Origin: Amoebidium appalachense | Taxonomy: Eukaryota > Protista > Ichthyosporea | NCBI GenBank assembly: GCA_963693365.1 | Contig: CAVNZM010000016.1 | Location: 2,755,957 to 2,819,956, forward strand | Direction: 5' to 3' | Length of the DNA: 64,000 nucleotides | Part shown: positions 61,101-64,000 of the stretch, one piece after another | Position numbering within the stretch: position 1 is the stretch's first letter | How the letters are laid out: the number at the start of each line of letters is the position of its first letter | The notes under the pieces: model-generated | Told to the model about the DNA's origin: nothing | Seen by the model: only the letters and a program-made list of their open reading frames with translations | Database searches by the model: none | Translations under genes and position numbers: made by a program

Positions 61101-62337
61101 CCCCTTCTCCTCCCGCGCGGATATATATATACTCCTTGTGTTTGCTTTGCAAAATCTGCATGGTGTCTTCGGTCGGAATGTGCAGTGCGTACTCAGTAAA
61201 GTATGCTCTATCCCTGGTTCGTACTTTACTCAGTAAAGTATGCTATCCCTGGTTCGTACTCAGTAAAGTATGCTCTATCCCTGGTTCGTACTTTACTCAG
61301 TAAAGTATGCTCTATCCCTGGTTCGTACTTTACTCAGTAAAGTATGCTCTATCCCTGGTTCGTACTTTACTCAGTAAAGTATGCTCTATCCCTGGTTCGT
61401 ACTTTACTCAGTAAAGTATGCTATCCCTGGTTCGTACTCAGTAAAGTATGCTCTATCCCTGGTTCGTACTTTACTCAGTTAAGTATGCTCTATCCCTGGT
61501 TCGTGCTCAGTAAAGTATGCTCTATCCCTGGTTCGTACTTTACTCAGTAAAGTATGCTCTATCCCTGGTTCGTACTCAGTAAATATGCTCTATCCCTGGT
61601 TCGTACTTTACTCAGTAAAGTATGCTCTATCCCTGGTTCGTGCTCAGTAAAGTATGCTCTATCCCTGGTTCGTACTCAGTAAAGTATGCTCTATTCCTGC
61701 CCCCCACCTCCCCCAAACCACCGCTACCACCACCACCCTCTTCCCCGCCGTCTGTTTAACCTCGAGCAAAAATGGTGGCTGCTGCTTATGGACACTAATT
61801 CTTAATTCGAACCACTGACATGCTTTTTTCCCCCCACCCACCCAAATACATCCACCCACCCATTTACAGGCACACATTGGCACCATCATAACACACACGC
61901 ACCTTCATTTTGCATGGACATGCACGCAGGCATAGTTGTTACCCACACATGTGTGGTGCATGCACCCACCCCTACAAGCATACACAGCCACTCACACATC
62001 CACACAGGCGCATGCAAGCCCTCACACACACACACATTGCTTATCAGGCACGACTGCAAACCACCCTCCCCCTCTCCTCCCCCTCCTCCCCTTCCCACAC
62101 ATGCATGCATGCAGGTACACACACGCCCTTCCCTCCCTTCCTCCCCCCCAACCAACACACACACACAAACCCACCTACATTCACCCCATATTCAAAACAC
62201 GGACCCACCCACCCACCATCCGTGCAACCCACCCACAACCACACATACACGACGGGACCATCTACTTCCCTGCCTCGTTGGGTATACAACGTACTGCAGG
62301 CCGAATTTCAAGAGAATGAAGAAGGTGCGATTTATTG

Positions 62338-62378
<41 letters not shown>

Positions 62379-63310
62379 ATTTTTTTCCATTACCCCATTG
62401 GAAACTGTCTCCATCACTTCTAAGTTTATCATCCTATGCCTCTCTTCCGCCCCCGGGTACCCCTCTGGTTACGTTGCATTTCTCACCACCCATCGAGGTT
62501 ACGCCGTTGTGTGTACAAAACATGGTTTTCTTGTGTCTGAGCACTCAGATGTACACCATGTGCACACGGCCAAGTCTATTTCTTTTGTGTGGTGCCATTG
62601 CATGATAGTTGCTTGTATCGGATTTCGTTCAAGCTGCATGTTTGTTTGCATGGGGTGTGTGCAAGCGGGCCACATGATTGAGCCATGCCACCAGTTGACC
62701 CCTTTCGGTTTTGATTGTAACTTCCATGTCCCCCGTGTGTGTGTGCGTGTGTGTGTGGGGGGGGGGATGGTTGATCTGGCGTTTACCTCCTGGCAAATGA
62801 CTTCCCGGTGTTGCATGTCAACAGAGCCATCGAAGACTAATAACTGTGCTGGGCCACAGGACCAGAAGTACGGGTTTGGGGGCAAGAAGAAGGGATCAAA
62901 ACGCAACGATCACCAATCAACATCGGTGTGCAACCCCCTCCCCCCCCCCCCCCCCCCCCCAGCCCTTCCCACCACCAACACCCCCGTCCCCCTCCCCCCA
63001 CCCCTGTTACCACACTTTTATGCCGAGGATAGGCTCTGTTTTACTATGCTTACTCGTGTGTATATGTGTGCTCTGCAAAATCTGTGTTGTGTTGTCTGAA
63101 GTGATCTGCCTACTCTGTAACACATTCTTAACCACCACCCCCTCCCCCCCCCCCCCCCCCCCCGTCTCCTTCTCCCCCACATACACACACACACCCGTGC
63201 AACTGTTGCTGGTTGTCTTCCTTGATTGAGCAATATCCTTCTACGTGCATGCGTCTTTGTGGATATTTAGGTGCCATGGATATCTTTAACACGATGGGGT
63301 ATGTTTTGCA

Positions 63311-63401
<91 letters not shown>

Positions 63402-63622
63402 CCCTGCACACGAAGCGGACTAGACGAGACTTACCGCTGAAGGGCGTGTTGCAAGGAGAAAACTCACGGGAGAGACTTGTCAATTATCTTGTGCATGGGA
63501 AACCCGTGAGGACAAGGTGTTTTTTTTCCGTTTTTTTTTCTGTTGCACTAACACAGGAAAAACAGGATATGAGCGGCTTCAATCCCCACAAAAACAAGGC
63601 ACCCATCAAAGGCATGCCTGCA
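54853..63622 (+). CDS. EBP2: rRNA-processing protein EBP2 (EBNA1BP2), 8 exons visible, continues past the window end
   Basis: Exons 54853-55173, 56351-56484, 58188-58311, 59872-60037, 60572-60677, 62300-62324, 62860-62925, 63566-63622; phases consistent. Motifs DDTERELAFYQQAL, RPEDYFAEMVKTDEHMKKIRQKL, RELKKFGKQVQ, KDQKYGFGGKKKGSKRN; acidic N-terminus. Confidence 0.93.
55875..56314. repeat. Near-perfect ~220-bp tandem duplication in EBP2 intron 1
   Basis: Units start at 55875 and 56095 (TGCTACCTTCAATCCTTCTCCCGTG...CCCACCATAATCC) and differ only around GCTTTTAGCCGATG vs GCTTTTATAGCCCATG. Confidence 0.9.
57642..58495 (+). repeat. Two copies of the dispersed repeat family flanking EBP2 exon 3 (57642-57800 and 58355-58495)
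   Basis: GGGGTCGAAACTC..GATGACTTGGGCCCTCCCTGAGGATAGGCTCTGCTT and GTACTGTGGATGACGTGGGACCCCCCTGAGGATGGGCTCTGCTTATTATGC; both end in GCATTCAA(A)CCCC. Confidence 0.75.
61189..61699. repeat. Minisatellite, about 15 units of 31-37 bp, in EBP2 intron 5
   Basis: Unit GTACTTTACTCAGTAAAGTATGCTCTATCCCTGGTTC, with a short variant lacking 5 nt; no unique spacers. Confidence 0.93.
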
Positions 63623-64000
63623 GTAAGCCTCCTTCCCTCCCCCCAGTATTCTCTCCTTCTCCCCCCCCCCCCCCCCCCTTCTTCTCTCCCCCCGTGCTTC
63701 ACCCTCCCAATGGCTCCCATAGGGTTACAAATTACCACACGCTATTTTCAGCTTGCATGCTTGCCCACCCCTCCCTGTCTTCTTGCGCACCGTTTTTGCA
63801 GCCTCTTCCTTGTATCTGCATGGTATGTGTCCCACTTCCATCCCCCAGTTCATTTGATGCCACCACAGCCATCCCTCTTCCATTCACATGCATCTCTTGT
63901 CACTAATGTGCGATTGTGTTTGGTTTGTGTACTTTTTTTGTGACTATTCCATTCAAGAGTGCAGGGAATAACAACGCACTTGTGTGCCTGCACGGAAACT

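Noticed and set aside
61189-61699. CRISPR-like array of ~37-bp palindromic repeats
   Set aside because: Units are head-to-tail with no unique spacers, there are no cas genes, and it lies in a eukaryotic intron.

Overview
Intron-rich eukaryotic genomic DNA whose introns and intergenic spacers are full of poly-G/poly-C, (CA)n, (GA)n and (GGGA)n tracts. Almost all six-frame ORFs supplied are artefacts of these tracts. I assembled four spliced host genes by hand from splice sites and frame continuity: a 7-exon Delta14-sterol reductase (TM7SF2/ERG24 family, +, 1443-8253), a 22-exon cellular RNAi-type RNA-dependent RNA polymerase with the DLDGD motif (-, 39301-17342), a Pho80/Pcl-type cyclin (+, about 50642-51573) and rRNA-processing protein EBP2 (+, from 54853 to beyond the window end). 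The most notable feature is a 2.87-kb tyrosine-recombinase element (39749-42621, -) about 450 bp upstream of the RdRP start codon. It has split direct repeats (A1-ORFs-B1/A2-spacer-B2), a 6-bp GATTTT core at both ends and at an internal junction, a gag-like ORF and a recombinase ORF, but no reverse transcriptase. Also present: a TTAA-flanked piggyBac-type non-autonomous element, a 34-bp-TIR MITE, hairpin-bearing minisatellites, a dispersed repeat family co-oriented with host genes, two probable GC-AG introns and many splice acceptors preceded by (CA)n. All coordinates and counts were read by eye; no searches were run.
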